Assembly: GCA_964016885.1 (NCBI GenBank) | Contig: OZ024750.1 | Location: forward strand, 53,568,001-53,632,000 | Direction of reading: 5' to 3' | Origin: Eledone cirrhosa | Lineage: Eukaryota | Length of the DNA: 64,000 nt | Shown here: positions 1-14,278 of the stretch, piece by piece | Position numbering within the stretch: position 1 is the stretch's first letter | How the letters are laid out: every line of letters begins with the position of its first letter | The notes under the pieces: generated by a model | Database searches by the model: none | Seen by the model: the letters and a program-made list of their open reading frames with translations, nothing else | Told to the model about the DNA's origin: nothing | Translations under genes and position numbers: made by a program

Positions 1-635
1 TAAATATACCCTCCCACACGGTCATGAAAACCCTCTTCCGTGGTCTCTAAGCTCACAAAGCAGAGGGGACATCAAGTTAGATATCAACATTTATTCTGTC
101 CGTTTCATTAAAGGGAAAATTGGAAAGCTTTGAAATGATATAATTGCCACTTTCTTCCAGATAAGAGCACTCTTGGAATAGAGAGTTGCTCTTGTATAAA
201 TAACAAATTCAACTGGTCCTTATTCATAAAAAAGAACATTTATGTTCCTTTTTTTGAAATTTATATATTTCCTTTCAAGGAATGTATTTATACTCAGCTG
301 CCTGCAATGGTATCTTTGGAATATTGTTAATCAATTTTTTAGTAATCTACTGATATCAAAATCAGTAGTTTATTGAAAAATGGAAAAATGGGGGGGGGGG
401 GGGCGTTTCGTGATTTCAAGGGACAAAAGGGGGTGTTTGGCCTAAATGGGTTGAGAACCTGTGCTCTACACTATGTCAATGTTTTACAGACCGGATTCCA
501 TTTCTGGCATCAACCGTTTTAGCTGCATCTTACATGTAGAAATATAGTATTCCTTCCTCACTAAACAGTAAAAGAAATGTCCAAACACTGGGTCTGTTAG
601 CTTGAATATTGAATATTTTACATTGTTGTTGACAG

Positions 636-797
636 GTATCATCACAGTTGGAGTTATGGGCAGAAGAATTACAGCACATGGAAATGTGCAATGACCCAGC
701 AAAAGCAGAACAGATCTTACTGATGCACACAGAAAATTTACTGCACATGCAGAACTGTACGTTTGAAGTTCTACAACGAGGTCAAGAACTTTGTCAG
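636..797 (+). CDS. trio: Trio/Kalirin exon (spectrin repeat), first in window
   Basis: gacag|GTA...CAG|gtcagt; 54 codons VSSQLELWAEELQ...EVLQRGQELCQ, phase 0/0. Confidence 0.9.
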
Positions 798-1210
798 GTC
801 AGTGGAATTTTTATGGATTTTCCTCAATTTGATGAAATATAACACCCAAAACTGCTGCTAACTCCTCTCAGATAGAGCAACCCATTTTAAAGAGTTCCTA
901 TTTAAATTATAATCTTCCAACATAATTTTGAATAAGAACCTTTTGTTAAGTTACATGTATCATATCAATAATGAAATAATTTCAAAATTTTAAGTAAATC
1001 TCTCCAAATTGTACATTAATTTATTCAAATACTGTGTATTTCATTAGAAATATGATAACGAAAGGTTTAATAGACATTTTGTTTGTTTTGTTTTTAATGT
1101 TTGTTTTAAGTCGTTAATGAAACAATGAAAAATTAGATTTTTAAAAAGTTTTTCAATGAAAATTAAAAGTGATATCATTTTCATTGAAACACCACCACCA
1201 GCACCTCTCC

Positions 1211-1336
1211 TCCTCCTCCACCCTTCATGTGTTGTGCGTCTACTTCCTTGAGTCCTCCTCCACCCTTCATGTGTTGTGCGTGTACTTCCTTGAGTCCTCC
1301 TCCACCCTTCATGTGTTGTGCGTGTACTTCCTTGAG
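1211..1336. repeat. 42-bp tandem repeat, 3 copies
   Basis: TCCTCCTCCACCCTTCATGTGTTGTGCGTGTACTTCCTTGAG. Confidence 0.95.
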
Positions 1337-1627
1337 AGGACAAGTGTCTCAGTTTACTTTCTTAAAATCTATTTTGAAAGAAAATAATTTAAAACAAAAC
1401 AATGTAATGTCTAATCGTAGAGTTTTTACAGCCAAATATTTGTAAAAACAAATCAGATTTCATTTAATTTGTGACACACCAACACATTATTGGTGGCACA
1501 TTTGTCATTTTGGAAACTTCCGCATTTGATTTCCTATTTAATTTTTAATTTGTGCATTAAATTGAAAATGATTTGGAACTATGAATATTTGAAATGTTTT
1601 ATTCTAAATATTTTGTCTGTTTTTCAG

Positions 1628-1810
1628 TTATTTGAAAACACAGGTGTGCAATTAATGGCTGATTCACAATATGATGCTCAAACCAGAATCCAACTTTTAT
1701 TGGAATATTTACATGAACGAGAATTGGACTTGGAGAATTTGGCTGAAAGTCGTCGCATTCGTCTGGAACAGTGTGTCCAGTTACGTAATTTTGAGTTTGA
1801 AACACGACAG
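1628..1810 (+). CDS. trio: Trio exon (spectrin repeat)
   Basis: ttttcag|TTA...CAG|gtgagg; LFENTGVQLMADSQYDAQTRIQLLLEYLHERELDLE...RLEQCVQLRNFEFETRQ. Confidence 0.93.
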
Positions 1811-1959
1811 GTGAGGATTAAGAGTTGGATGTATTTTTTACTTAAATAAAACGATAGTCTGGGATTGCTTAGAATATTAATAAACTATCAACTTTCAGAT
1901 GTGATTGGGTAACGTCCAAACGAGTATCCACCACCTCCAACTAACTTAACTTCTGCCTC

Positions 1960-2460
1960 TTGGTACTAACCGACAGGATGGAGAATGTAGTGCCCTGAAG
2001 GATGGTGAGGGAGATGTGTTGGAATAGCTACCCCACCTTGTTGGGCTCGCACCTGTGGGCAGCCAACTCCACTTCAATAACAATGAGTAGGAATGTAGTC
2101 CAGGGGCCAAGAACACCAGAAGTCTTCATTGCGACAAACCTATCTAATAGTGGCTGATAGTTAGTCCTCTTTGGCTGGCAGTAGAGTCTGGACTGGTATC
2201 TGAATGCACCAGGTTGTCACTAGAGAAGGTATCACAGCATCCCAGATGAGAGGCCTAATCCTGTGGAACGGGGAGATTGTCATGTTGTCTGGCCTTTTGC
2301 TATCTCCTCTGTCCAGCCCTGCTGGCTCAAGCTCGGTCTGTGCCATACTTTATGATATTGTTGAGAACAGTATGGTGTGGGAAGCAGCCAGCACTGTAAT
2401 GGCACAACAGTGGGTAGAGATCAAAGGGATCCAGACTCACAGAGGCCGAGCTTCAGGGTA
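1960..2460 (-). mobile_element. Degraded RLE-type non-LTR retrotransposon 3' fragment (CRE-like)
   Basis: Minus-strand peptides SAGCFPHHTVLNNII, EPAGLDRGDSKRPD..PLIWD, FVAMKTSGVLGP, LFQHISLTILQG match the restriction-like endonuclease C-terminus. Confidence 0.7.
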
Positions 2461-2604
2461 ACACCGATGATAAATTGATTATCTTTATAAATATTAAACA
2501 ACTTAGCAATTTTAGTGACCTTTGTGAGTCAACTTATACTTTGTCCTGATGAAATTAGGAAATAGAATATAAGGAAATCAAAAAGCTCTGAATTTATTTA
2601 CACA

Positions 2605-2803
2605 GAGATATGGTTAACTAAAATGTTCATAGGCTGACTAAGATACTCTCATAGAATGACCAAATGGGTTTATTTTTCAACATACATCCTGGAAAGAAAC
2701 AATGCAGTTATTAATAAGAAGAGTTGAAATCAGTTCCTGCAAGATTTCACAGCCCTATCATTACTCCTTCATAGTCAGCCTATGAACTTTTCAGCCTACC
2801 CTC
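2605..2803. mobile_element. Tc1/mariner-type MITE
   Basis: Perfect inverted 16-mer GTTCATAGGCTGACTA (2625-2640) / TAGTCAGCCTATGAAC (2772-2787) within longer imperfect terminal inverted repeats. Confidence 0.6.
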
Positions 2804-4054
2804 ATTAGTTTCTATATTTTTTTACATGAATTTATATATGAAACTCTCTTCCTTCTTGTTTCCCTAATGGTTATAATCCTCATACTTTTAACATTTTCTG
2901 CTGATTGTTTTCATCATTTCATTGAGTTATATTTTGTTGCTTTTTCTTTTTCATTTGTAAACCACAATAAATTTAGTGGTTGCTTGGGGCTTACTGTATT
3001 ACTGCTTCCTTGCTGCCTTGTTGGGACTTCAAATAATAATAATTAAAACAAATGTTACAAAGTCTTCAGAAGCTACAGTTTCTGTATTTTACTGCAGGTA
3101 TTTAAAAATACTGTTAAATCTTCAAACTTTTTCTCTGTTTAAACTATTGGGAGAAAAATCCATGAAAAATTATGTATTTTTCTGAATATTTCTCCGAATT
3201 CTAGGTCTTTCCTTTTATCCTTCTCAAGGCTTAGTTGCTATTAATAATCATAGAACTTGTCTTTCTGTCATCTTGTAATGTTGATCACTTTAATAAACTA
3301 TCTAAAAATAACTTTTATTATATCACTCTTAAAACTGACACAAATGGCAAATTGATTTCAAAGCTTATGTCTCAGAACCCATATCAATATTTTACATACA
3401 ATAGGGCAGGGGATTAGCAGTATCGGTGGAATGTCGGACGTTTTAAGGCATAGAGTTATCGCCCTTTATGATCTGAGTTCAAATCCTACAGGGTCAATAA
3501 AGTAATGTACTAGTAATGCACTCGACTCAATTTAATCGACTTTGTCCAGAATTGTTGACCTTATGCCTAAATCAGAAACTGATATTTTACATAGAATTTT
3601 TACAATGTATTAACAAAGCATTGAATAAAACAAATTATTTTAGCAGGAAAATTCATGGTGATCGAAAAAATAACAAAGTAAATTTGATTAAATGTTTTTA
3701 TTGAAAGGGACCTTATCTTGTGGAACTATAAGGAAACCACTTTGGGAAACAGTGATCTAGATGTTTTATGTTTAATAATTGTGACAGAGATTTTTCTCAT
3801 GGGAAAAATTTGGTGTTTTTTTTTCTTTTCACTTTTTTTTTTTGATTTTTTTTCTTCTTGGAATTATGAATTAAAAAGAAAGTTCCTGTCGGTCAGATTA
3901 TGTTGTAAAACAAATTACAAATTGATATACGGTAATATTATTGAAAACTTATATTCGGTCTATTATTTTTCTACCACAAACCTGTTAACTATTATAGTTA
4001 ATACATGTATTTAGATGAAACAGATGTAATCTCTAACAAATACAATGTTTTTAG

Positions 4055-4174
4055 GTGGTTTCATGGATTCAAAATGGAGAGGCAATGTTAACTGCCAGCT
4101 TTATGTGTCCTGACAATTTAATGGAGACTGAACAACTGAAGAAAGAACATGAAAAGTTTATGTTGGCAATAGAG
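4055..4174 (+). CDS. trio: Trio exon (spectrin repeat)
   Basis: ttttag|GTG...GAG|gtacag; VVSWIQNGEAML...EQLKKEHEKFMLAIE. Confidence 0.93.
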
Positions 4175-4222
4175 GTACAGTTTTCTTATAGATTTCTTTA
4201 TTTACATTATATTTATTCATAT

Positions 4223-4381
4223 TATATTATATCACTTTATATCATATATTATGTTGTATTACATAATGCAGTATATTATATCACTTTATATCATATATTA
4301 TGTTGTATTACATAATGCAGTATATTATATCACTTTATATCATATATTATGTTGTATTACATAATGCAGTATATTATATCA
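4223..4381. repeat. 49-bp tandem repeat, ~3 copies
   Basis: TATATTATATCACTTTATATCATATATTATGTTGTATTACATAATGCAG. Confidence 0.9.
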
Positions 4382-4596
4382 TCTATATATAATATAAAAG
4401 ATGTTTATTGGTTGGTTGAATCACGCGAAAGCTACACACACACACACACACACACATCTAAAGAGAGAGAGAGAGATACAATTAAAGTGATAGATATTCA
4501 GAGAGAGAGACGTCTCACACAAGTATCAGCTGAAGGGTTAACAAGCTTTGATTTTATGGAACAAAGAAAAATTGATACTATTTGAAATTAATCTAC

Positions 4597-5072
4597 CCTC
4601 CAGTCTTTATCCATATACTACTTACAGTCCCCTCCAGTCTTTATCCATATACTACTTACAGTCCCCTCCAGTCTTTATCCATATACTACTTACAGTCCCC
4701 TCCAGTCTTTATCCATATACTACTTACAGTCCCCTCCAGTCTTTATCCATATACTACTTACAGTCCCCTCCAGTCTTTATCCATATACTACTTACAGTCC
4801 CCTCCAGTCTTTATCCATATACTACTTACAGTCCCCTCCAGTCTTTATCCATATACTACTTACAGTCCCCTCCAGTCTTTATCCATATACTACTTACAGT
4901 CCCCTCCAGTCTTTATCCATATACTACTTACAGTCCCCTCCAGTCTTTATCCATATACTACTTACAGTCCCCTCCAGTCTTTATCCATATACTACTTACA
5001 GTCCCCTCCAGTCTTTATCCATATACTACTTACAGTCCCCTCCAGTCTTTATCCATATACTACTTACAGTCC
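4597..5072. repeat. 34-bp perfect minisatellite, ~14 copies
   Basis: CCCTCCAGTCTTTATCCATATACTACTTACAGTC. Confidence 0.97.
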
Positions 5073-5257
5073 GTATTAATGAACAACACTTCAGAATCAA
5101 TGTTATGTGGTATATTGCAGTGTTTCACCAACTACTCAACCAAGGAGCAGGTTGTGCTGGGTTACATGGCAGCAGACAAAAGCCTCACCTGACTATATTG
5201 TATAAAGTACCAGTAATGTACTGGGTAATTGCTGGCCTTGTGCCAAAAGTAGAAACA

Positions 5258-6150
5258 ATTATATATCATATTGTATCATATATTATATTATATATCATAT
5301 TATGTTATATTATATTATATTATATTATATTATATATCATATTATGTTATATTATATATCATATTATGTTATATTATATATTATATTATGTTATATTATA
5401 TTATATTATATATCATATTATGTTATATTATATATCATATCATATTATATTATATTATATATTATATTATATATCATATTATATTATATTATATATCATA
5501 TTATGTTATATTATATTATATATCATATTATATTATATGTTATATTATATATCATATTATATTATATTATATATCATATTATGTTATATTATATATTATA
5601 TTATATATCATATTATGTTATATTATATATTATATTATATATCATATCATATTATATTATATATCATATTATGTTATATTATATATTATATTATATTATA
5701 TATCATATTATGTTATATTATATATCATATTATGTTATATTATATTATATATCATATTATGTTATATTATATATCATATCATATTATATTATATTATATA
5801 TTATATTATATATCATATTATGTTATATTATATATTATATTAGATATCATATCATATTATATTATATGTTATATTATATATCATATTATATTATATTATA
5901 TATCATATTATGTTATATTATATATTATATTATATATCATATCATATTATATTATATATCATATTATGTTATATTATATATCATATTATATTATATTATA
6001 TATCATATTATGTTATATTATATTATATTATATATCATATTATGTTATATTATATATTATATTATATATCATATTATGTTATATTATATATCATATTATA
6101 TTATATTATATATCATATTATGTTATATTATATATTGTATTATATATTTA
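5258..6150. repeat. TATAT-based low-complexity satellite
   Basis: Pentamer variants ATATT/ATATC/ATGTT. Confidence 0.95.
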
Positions 6151-6212
6151 TTTTCTCTAAAATCTGTCTTAAAATTCAGCATTGAAAGTTTTTAAAAAAT
6201 TAGCTCAGTGAC

Positions 6213-7212
6213 CATCATCATCATCACCGTTTTACGTCCGTTCTTCCACGCTAGCATGGGTTAGACGGGTTGTCCTGCTGTGGGCAGTGTCCAGTCGGCT
6301 GACCTTGTCTTGCTCATACGGGAACTGATTCAGGCTTGATTTCTACAGCTGGATGCCCTTCCTATCACCAACCTCATTTACAGTGTGGGCTGGGTGCTTT
6401 TTTGCCATGGCACCTCCATGACCACTCTGCAGTGGAAGGGTGTGGGGACATATTGTCTATAGTCTGCAGCTTCGGCTTGTACCCATGGGGGGTCGGGTCT
6501 TCTGTATTACTGCGTGACGCCAGAGGTCACGGTCGTGTGTCATCGCCTTTGAGAGGTGCAATTGGGTAAGGTCGGCTTTTATCACGTCATCCCAGGTCTT
6601 CTTGTGTCTCCCCACTCCGCGGTTTCTATTGACTTCTAGTGCTCTGCACCTTTTTATGCAGCTTTTTATCCTTCATACACATCACATGTCCATACCAACG
6701 CAACCGCTTCTCCTGCACACAGCATTTGATTCCTCTTATGCTCAGTCTCTCTCTCAATTTATTTATGCTTTGCCGTTCACGTATATTACTATTACACATC
6801 CATCGGAGCATGCAGGCTTCATTTCTTTCTAATCTACGCAAGTCTTCCACAGGCAGCGCCCAGGCCTCACTTCTATGTAACATTGCTGTTCGTATACACG
6901 CATCATACAGTATACCTTTCATGTTGAGGGAAAAGCCTTTTGCAGCTAGCAGTGGCAGTAGCTCGCTGAACTTCTTCCATCCCGTTCTTACCCTAGTTAT
7001 TGTACTTTCAGAACACCCACCTCCGATGCTAATTCAGTCACCTAGGTAGCAGAAGCTGTCTACTGTTTCTACAGAGCCCTCCCAGAGTTTGGTGGTGCTT
7101 GTTTCCTGTGGCTGTTTGCTGCTTGCTGTCCCAGCGCAGCTGCTACATATGAAGCCTACATTTTTAGTTAAGCTTCCTGAGATCCCACTACATCTCTTGT
7201 GTATCCATTGTT
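6213..7212 (-). mobile_element. RTE-clade LINE 3' fragment with (GAT)n tail
   Basis: KGILYDACIRTAMLHRSEAW...RLRWYGHVM; same family as 44010 and 46235. Confidence 0.85.
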
Positions 7213-7792
7213 GATATTAGATTTAATTGTTTGTACTCCACTACATTTGTAGTTAGAGAATTGGATTCACAACTGTAAAGTTGTGATTCCTGTACTGGTC
7301 GATGTGTTATGTCCTTGAGCAAGACACATTATTTCACGTTCTTTCTGCCAGGAGTTATGACTGGTAGATAGTATCAGCAATGGAAAGATCAATGTAAGTG
7401 AGTGAGGCTCGGGCTCTTGTTGATCAATTGATTGATATTTCTCTTAGAATCAGATGGTGGCTGCGGCTAAGGTTAGACAATGTTTTGAGACTGTTTTACA
7501 GCTGGATGCTCATCCTGATGCCAATCCTTTAATTGCCTTTTACGTCATATGGGAACACTGTGTTCTCATTCTAACAACTGGGATACACATTCTAACAACT
7601 GGGATACACATTCTATATTGTTTAATTATTCCAAGGGATCCTAACTTTGAAATATAAGGTAAAAGTGGGAACTGTTGTTTTCTTTCTGTTACCATGTCTC
7701 ACTCTTTTGCTCTCCCTTATTTCTACTTTGCACTGTACTGCCTTTTCCAAGACATTCCTGTTTAATTATCATTTAATTACGATGTTTTCTAG

Positions 7793-7984
7793 AAAACCCA
7801 TGCAAATGTGATCCAAGTCACTCAAAAGGCAGAGAGCATGATTCAAAGCAACCATTACAATTCTGAATTTGTACGTGTCATCGCAGAAAATATGAATTTA
7901 GTATGGCAACAGCTGATGTATCATGCTGAAGAACGCCACAAACTTGTAATGGCATCAATGACTTGGTATAAAACAGCTGAACAG
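7793..7984 (+). CDS. trio: Trio exon (spectrin repeat)
   Basis: ttctag|AAA...CAG|gtaaga; KTHANVIQVTQKAESM...WQQLMYHAEERHKLVMASMTWYKTAEQ. Confidence 0.94.
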
Positions 7985-8257
7985 GTAAGATGTCTTATTT
8001 TTCAACAATAACAGGTTGTTCATTCAATTTAGATTTCTAAATATGAATATTTTAAGATACAGGTGTACCTCGGCTTACGTTATTATAGCAATTTTTCTTA
8101 ATATTATCTGGCAAAAATAAGACTAGTTTTATGTCAATTGACTAAACTTTACATAGGTCTGACAAAAATATTAAACCATAAATAACACAAAAAACCACAA
8201 TAAAAACATAAAATCACATTTAAATAAATGCTAAAATATACAACTGAAGTAATGTAG

Positions 8258-10477
8258 GGTATTATATATAGTAGTGTAGTGTATTATATATAGAAGTGTA
8301 GTGTATTATATATAGTAGTGTAGTGTATTATATATAGTAGTGTAGTGTATTATATATAGTAGTGTAGTGTATTATATATAGAAGTGTAGTGTATTATATA
8401 TAGTAGTGTAGTGTATTATATATAGTAGTGTAGTGTATTATATATAGTAGTGTAGTGTATTATATATAGTAGTGTAGTGTATTATATATAGTAGTGTAGT
8501 GTATTATATATAGTAATGTAGTGTATTATATATAGTAGTGTAGTGTATTATATATAGAAGTGTAGTGTATTATATATAGTAATGTAGTGTATTATATATA
8601 GTAGTGTAGTGTATTATATATAGTAGTGTAGTGTATTATATATAGTAATGTAGTGTATTATATATAGTAATGTAGTGTATTATATATAGTAGTGTAGTGT
8701 ATTATATATAGTAGTGTATTGTATTATATATAGCAGTGTATTGTATTATATATAGCAGTGTAGTGTATTATATATAGTAATGTAGTGTATTATATATAGT
8801 AATGTAGTGTATTATATATAGTAGTCTAGTGTATTATATATAGCAGTGTAGTGTATTATATATAATAGTGTAGTGTATTATATATAGTAGTGTAGTGTAT
8901 TATATATAGTAATGTAGTGTATTATATATAGTAGTGTAGTGTATTATATATAGTAGTGTAGTGTATTATATATAGTAGTGTAGTGTATTATATATAGTAA
9001 TGTAGTGTATTATATATAGTAGTGTAGTGTATTATATATAGTAGTGTAGTGTATTATATATAATAGTGTAGTGTATTATATATAGTAGTGTAGTGTATTA
9101 TATATAGTAGTGTAGTGTATTATATATAGCAGTGTAGTGTATTATATATAGTAATGTAGTGTATTATATATAGTAATGTAGTGTATTATATATAGCAGTG
9201 TAGTGTATTATATATAGCAGTGTAGTGTATTATATATAGTAGTGTAGTGTATTATATATAGTAATGTAGTGTATTATATATAGTAGTGTAGTGTATTATA
9301 TATAATAGTGTAGTGTATTATATATAGTAGTGTAGTGTATTATATATAGTAGTGTAGTGTATTATATATAGTAATGTAGTGTATTATATATAGTAGTGTA
9401 GTGTATTATATATAGGAGTGTAGTGTATTATATATAGTAGTGTAGTGTATTATATATAGTAGTGTAGTGTATTATATATAGTAGTGTAGTGTATTATATA
9501 TAGTAGTGTAGTGTATTATATATAGTAGTGTAGTGTATTATATATAGTAGTGTAGTGTATTATAATAGTAATGTAGTGTATTATATATAGTAATGTAGTG
9601 TATTATATATAGTAGTGTAGTGTATTATATATAGTAGTGTATTGTATTATATATAGTAATGTAGTGTATTATATATAGTAGTGTAGTGTATTATATATAG
9701 TAGTGTATTGTATTATATATAGTAATGTAGTGTATTATATATAGTAGTGTAGTGTATTATATATAGTAGTGTAGTGTATTATATATAGTAGTGTAGTGTA
9801 TTATATATAGTAATGTAGTGTATTATATATAGTAATGTAGTGTATTATATATAGTAGTGTAGTGTATTATATATAGCAGTGTAGTGTATTATAATAGTAG
9901 TGTAGTGTATTATATATAGTAGTGTAGTGTATTATATATAGTAGTGTAGTGTATTATATATAGTAATGTAGTGTATTATATATAGTAGTGTAGTGTATTA
10001 TATATAGTAGTGTAGTGTATTATATATAGTAGTGTAGTGTATTATATATAGTAATGTAGTGTATTATATATAGTAATGTAGTGTATTATATATAGTAATG
10101 TAGTGTATTATATATAGTAGTGTAGTGTATTATATATAGTAGTGTAGTGTATTATATATAATAGTGTAGTGTATTATATATAGTAATGTAGTGTATTATA
10201 TATAGTAGTGGGGTGAATAGAGGGCAGTGAATTGGAAGTATCGGTAGAGGGTCGGACGCCATGCTTTGACGCATAGAGTTACGGCCCTTGCCATTCTGAG
10301 TTCAAATCCCACCGAGGTTAACTTTGCCTTTCATCCTTATGGGGTCGATAAAATAAAGTACCAGTAATGTACTGGGTAATTGCTGGCCTTGTGCCAATAC
10401 TAGAAACAATTATATATAGTAGTCTATTATATAATAGTGTAGTGTATTATATATAGTAGTGTAGTGTATTATAATGT
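8258..10477. repeat. 22-bp minisatellite (~90 copies), SINE inserted near its 3' end
   Basis: GTATTATATATAGTAGTGTAGT. Confidence 0.97.
10222..10412 (+). mobile_element. tRNA-derived SINE with Meta-like core (family A)
   Basis: A/B-box head (TGGAAGTATCGG..GAGTTCAAATCCC) and core GCCTTTCATCCTTATGGGGTCGATAAAATAAAGTACCAG; degraded copies near 3405, 13075, 13960, 33790, 53170. Confidence 0.85.
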
Positions 10478-10521
10478 AGAAAGTCATTTAATGAGTTAAT
10501 TTGACAATTGTTGTTTTGTGT

Positions 10522-10727
10522 GGTGTACCTGTATATATTAACACCATAGTGAGGTGTACCTGTATATATTAACACCATAGTGAGGTGTACCTGTATATAT
10601 TAACACCATAGTGAGGTGTACCTGTATATATTAACACTAATGAGGTATACCTGTATATATTAACACCATAGTGAGGTATACCTGTATATATTAACACCAT
10701 AGTGAGGTATACCTGTATATATTAACA
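10522..10727. repeat. 31-bp tandem repeat, ~6.5 copies
   Basis: GGTGTACCTGTATATATTAACACCATAGTGA. Confidence 0.95.
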
Positions 10728-11618
10728 GATTTAGTAAACCATCGAAATATTTACTCTACATATTCGTCACAACAATACATAAGTGAAACCACCTTTGTGT
10801 TTATAATATTTTATTTTCAGCCTTTGATTTCTACATAGGTCACCTGTTAATTTTCAGAAATACTATTTGCTAAATTTACTTGCAATTGTAATTAGATAAC
10901 AGCAATAATTATTATAATAATAATAGACTTAGTTGAAATAAACTGTTTAGCTGACGCTTTTAATTCACCTTTCCTGATAAACTGACAATATATAAGAGAT
11001 GTATTTACAATTACAGCCAGTTGGTAGACAACTGTATATTTATTTAAAGATGGAAAAAGCTGTCATAGGCCGCTATGAGGAATCAAACCCAGTATCTTTC
11101 AGATACGGTGATTTGAACCATTAAGCCAAGGAACCATGACAACTCTTCCCATCTTACATAGCTGATTCACACCTTTTAAATATAAACAGACATATATGTA
11201 GCTGATCTCTCACATATATATAATATTGTATTATATATAAAAATATAAATATATTATATATATTTTTGGTTTTGCTGCTAATAAATTCCTGTCATAGCTG
11301 TGTTTTATAAGAGAATCAAATTATGTGTCAGTAGTTATCATTGGTTTTACATGTGACATCACCACCACATTGGTATTCATATAGACTGGATAGTGACATG
11401 ATCATTTGATCATATAATCATATATATTCAATCACTTACTACTGTGTGTGATTGGGTGTGTTAGTGCTTGCTGCAGATTTCAATCCCAGAGCAAGGTACT
11501 ATAGTCATTATTTTTAGTAAAATGCAGGGATTTATCTACAAGTATATACAGTAATGTTAAAAAAAAATGTTTTTTGAGAATTATAATCTTACTTTTGTCT
11601 AATTTCTTTTTTCCACAG

Positions 11619-11765
11619 GTTTGGTCAGTTTTAGAAAGTTTAGATCGAGATTATAAACGAGACGAAGATTGGTGTAGCACAGACAAAGCTAACTGCACCG
11701 ACAAAGCTGCATTTTTAGTACAAGCAATCAATAAGCATAATGAACAAAAGGAAGCCTTTCTTAAG
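11619..11765 (+). CDS. trio: Trio exon (spectrin repeat)
   Basis: ccacag|GTT...AAG|gtaata; VWSVLESLDRDYKRDEDWC...KHNEQKEAFLK. Confidence 0.95.
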
Positions 11766-12021
11766 GTAATATACATGATGATATGTTTGGATTTCGTCTT
11801 TCTAAAATGATGTACTCAACTATGAGAATAATCTGGATTCTTTACAGCTTTAATTCTACAATCAAATGTTACACAGTATATTGTGATCATATTTTAAACA
11901 GACAACTTCGAATTTCAAGAGGTTATCTAGAATGTCCTATTGGCATAACCAAAAATTGTATCTTTCATATTTAGGATAGTGTATCAGTCTTAATTTTTTT
12001 GGTTTTGTAATATAGTCTATT

Positions 12022-12246
12022 TTAACTCTTTTTTATACCAAACTGCCTGAAAAACTGCCCCCTGTTCTACAGTACAAAACTATTTTTTATATTTATATTT
12101 TATATTTATCTAAAAACCTTCCATAGTAATTTTATATAAGAACTTTTGCTGCTAGTAAATCACTCAAAATTTCTTCATTTCTTTCAAAATTATTTGAAAA
12201 TCAAAGGCAGTGTCTTTCATTAGAAATATAGTAATAAAAGGGTTAA
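12022..12246. mobile_element. Possible piggyBac-type MITE
   Basis: TTAA-CTCTTTT...AAAAGGG-TTAA termini; weak terminal inverted repeats. Confidence 0.35.
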
Positions 12247-12501
12247 TTGAAGAAATTTGAAGTAGGCTATCCTCTCAGCCAGCACCGTTTGTCTGGTACA
12301 ATTAAATTTGGATCTAATGACTATATTGGTTGTCTTACTCCATCAAAATATATTTTTAAAATACTGTTTTAGATATTAAAATATTTCTGTAACCATTATT
12401 ATCAATGTCCTTTATATTATATTTTTGTTTTAAATTTTATGAAATAATTTGCAATTCTACTGACTATTCTGTATATTAGTAAATATCTGGTGTCTCTACA
12501 G

Positions 12502-12613
12502 GCTTGTACTTTAGCCAGACGTACTGCAGAAACATTCTTAAAATATGTTAACCGTAACCTTCATACATTGGGCATGGAAGTGAAGTACCGAAATCCTGAA
12601 TCTCATGTGAAAG
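12502..12613 (+). CDS. trio: Trio exon (absent from ORF track)
   Basis: ctacag|GCT...AAAG|gtatgt; ACTLARRTAETFLKYVNRNLHTLGMEVKYRNPESHVK, ends phase 1. Confidence 0.93.
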
Positions 12614-12724
12614 GTATGTTTTCTTTAATCTTCATTTGTAATTATTATATCAATTAACCAATTTATCATCTAATTTAGATTGGTAGTAGTGGGTGTGGGG
12701 TGTCGTTAAAACAAACGACAATAT

Positions 12725-12976
12725 AGTTAAAGCCTGCTCGAAGCCGAAGGCTCATCATGCCAGTGATTATCCTCAGTTTCCTTGATGCTAAGCAACTGAG
12801 TGTACAAGACTCCCTGGACAGGATGCCGGTCTATTGCAGGTTTAACTCCCCAGCTACTGCTGGTACTCATCTCAGCTGAGTCTACTTCTGTAATGTGAAA
12901 GAACACAACACACAACCCTGTCCAGGAATGGAACACATTACAATTGAACATCAACCATCCTAACCATTAAGCCATG
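12725..12976 (-). mobile_element. Degraded SINE (different family)
   Basis: tRNA-like head on minus strand (CATGGCTTAATGGTTAG) and body motifs GGTACTCATCTCAGCTGAGTC, CCCTGGACAGGATGCCGGTC. Confidence 0.55.
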
Positions 12977-14162
12977 AACTGACACCATTACAATTGTACA
13001 CCAACCATCCTAACCATTAGGTCATACACTTTCACAAAATACCTTGTTTTTGTTCTGGATGTCTCTGCTCTGAGCTCAAATCCCACCAAGGTCAGCTTTG
13101 TCATTCATCCTTTCAGGTGTTGATAAAATAAAGTACCAATCAAAACAGTCGTTTGGTGGAATTGTTAGAGTGAGGGATCAGATGCCTTGCAGTATTTGTT
13201 CCAGCTCTTTGCATTCTGTGTTCAAATCACATTGTGGTTTGTTTGGGTGGTAGATTTAATCTAATGACCAGTTTAACACCACAACCTGGTCCTTCCTTCT
13301 TTTTAGCAGACTCTACTCTGTTGTAAGCATTTGGGGCTTCGAGGATAGCTTCCTCTTACCCTTTCATACTCTCAAAGACATTAAAAGAATCATGGACTCT
13401 ATCATCATCATCATACATCTCCTTTCCATGTCAACTTTGTTTGGAGGGGTTGTTGCTATCGGAGACCAAATGGATCAGAGCAACCTCATCATATTCATAT
13501 ATTCCATATTTGGCATGGTTACCAACTACTTTACAAGCTGTACTGTTTGCATTTAAAAAATACTTTTTTCTGACAATACTGTGTGTGCAAGTGTGTGGTT
13601 TTCTCCATCTGACCTATACTAGTAATCATCATCATCATGTGATAAAACAGTGATGATGATGATTACTGCCAACACCATTTCATCATATTTATTGTTTATA
13701 ATTTGGAATTTGGTTAGTATTCTACTGATGGAGAAATTTTGTTATTAACCCTTTCATGACCATATTACTAATGACATACATTCTATTTCATTACTAAGAT
13801 AGTAGCTTATCAAATGGTTCTTGTATAAATCATGTTGGAAGATTTAATAGGAGCCCTTTTAAATAGGTGGTTTTGTTTCATAGGGTTTGTATCAGAACAG
13901 TTAATTTGTTGTTTGAAGATTCTGGTAATTTATAAGGATGGTGGCAGTATTGGTAGTGTCAGACAACATGATTTAGTTAAGACTTTCTGCATCCTGAGTT
14001 CAAATCCTGCCAAGATCAAATTTCTCTTTCATCCTTCTGTGGGTTAATAAAATATTTGTCAAGTACTGGACTTGATATAATTGACCCCACTCTCCCCGAA
14101 AATTGCTGGACATGTGCCTAAATTAGAAATCATTAATTTATTGATATTTTCTACTTTTGCAG

Positions 14163-14278
14163 CAACTCTTGATCAATTACTACAACAGGAAAATGCTGTG
14201 ATTGAATATTGGACAGTGAAGAAACGGAAGTTAGAACACTGTCATCAATATGTCCTCTTTGAACAAAGTGCTAAACAG
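14163..14278 (+). CDS. trio: Trio exon (spectrin repeat)
   Basis: ttgcag|CA...CAG|gtaaaa; completes split Ala codon; TLDQLLQQENAVIEYWTVKKRKLEHCHQYVLFEQSAKQ. Confidence 0.94.

Noticed and set aside
2546-2575. CTGATGA..GAAA hammerhead-like words
   Set aside because: No stem II or stem I pairing.
10222-10320. tRNA gene candidates at A/B-box motifs (also 51248)
   Set aside because: These are SINE heads with no cloverleaf, followed by SINE bodies.
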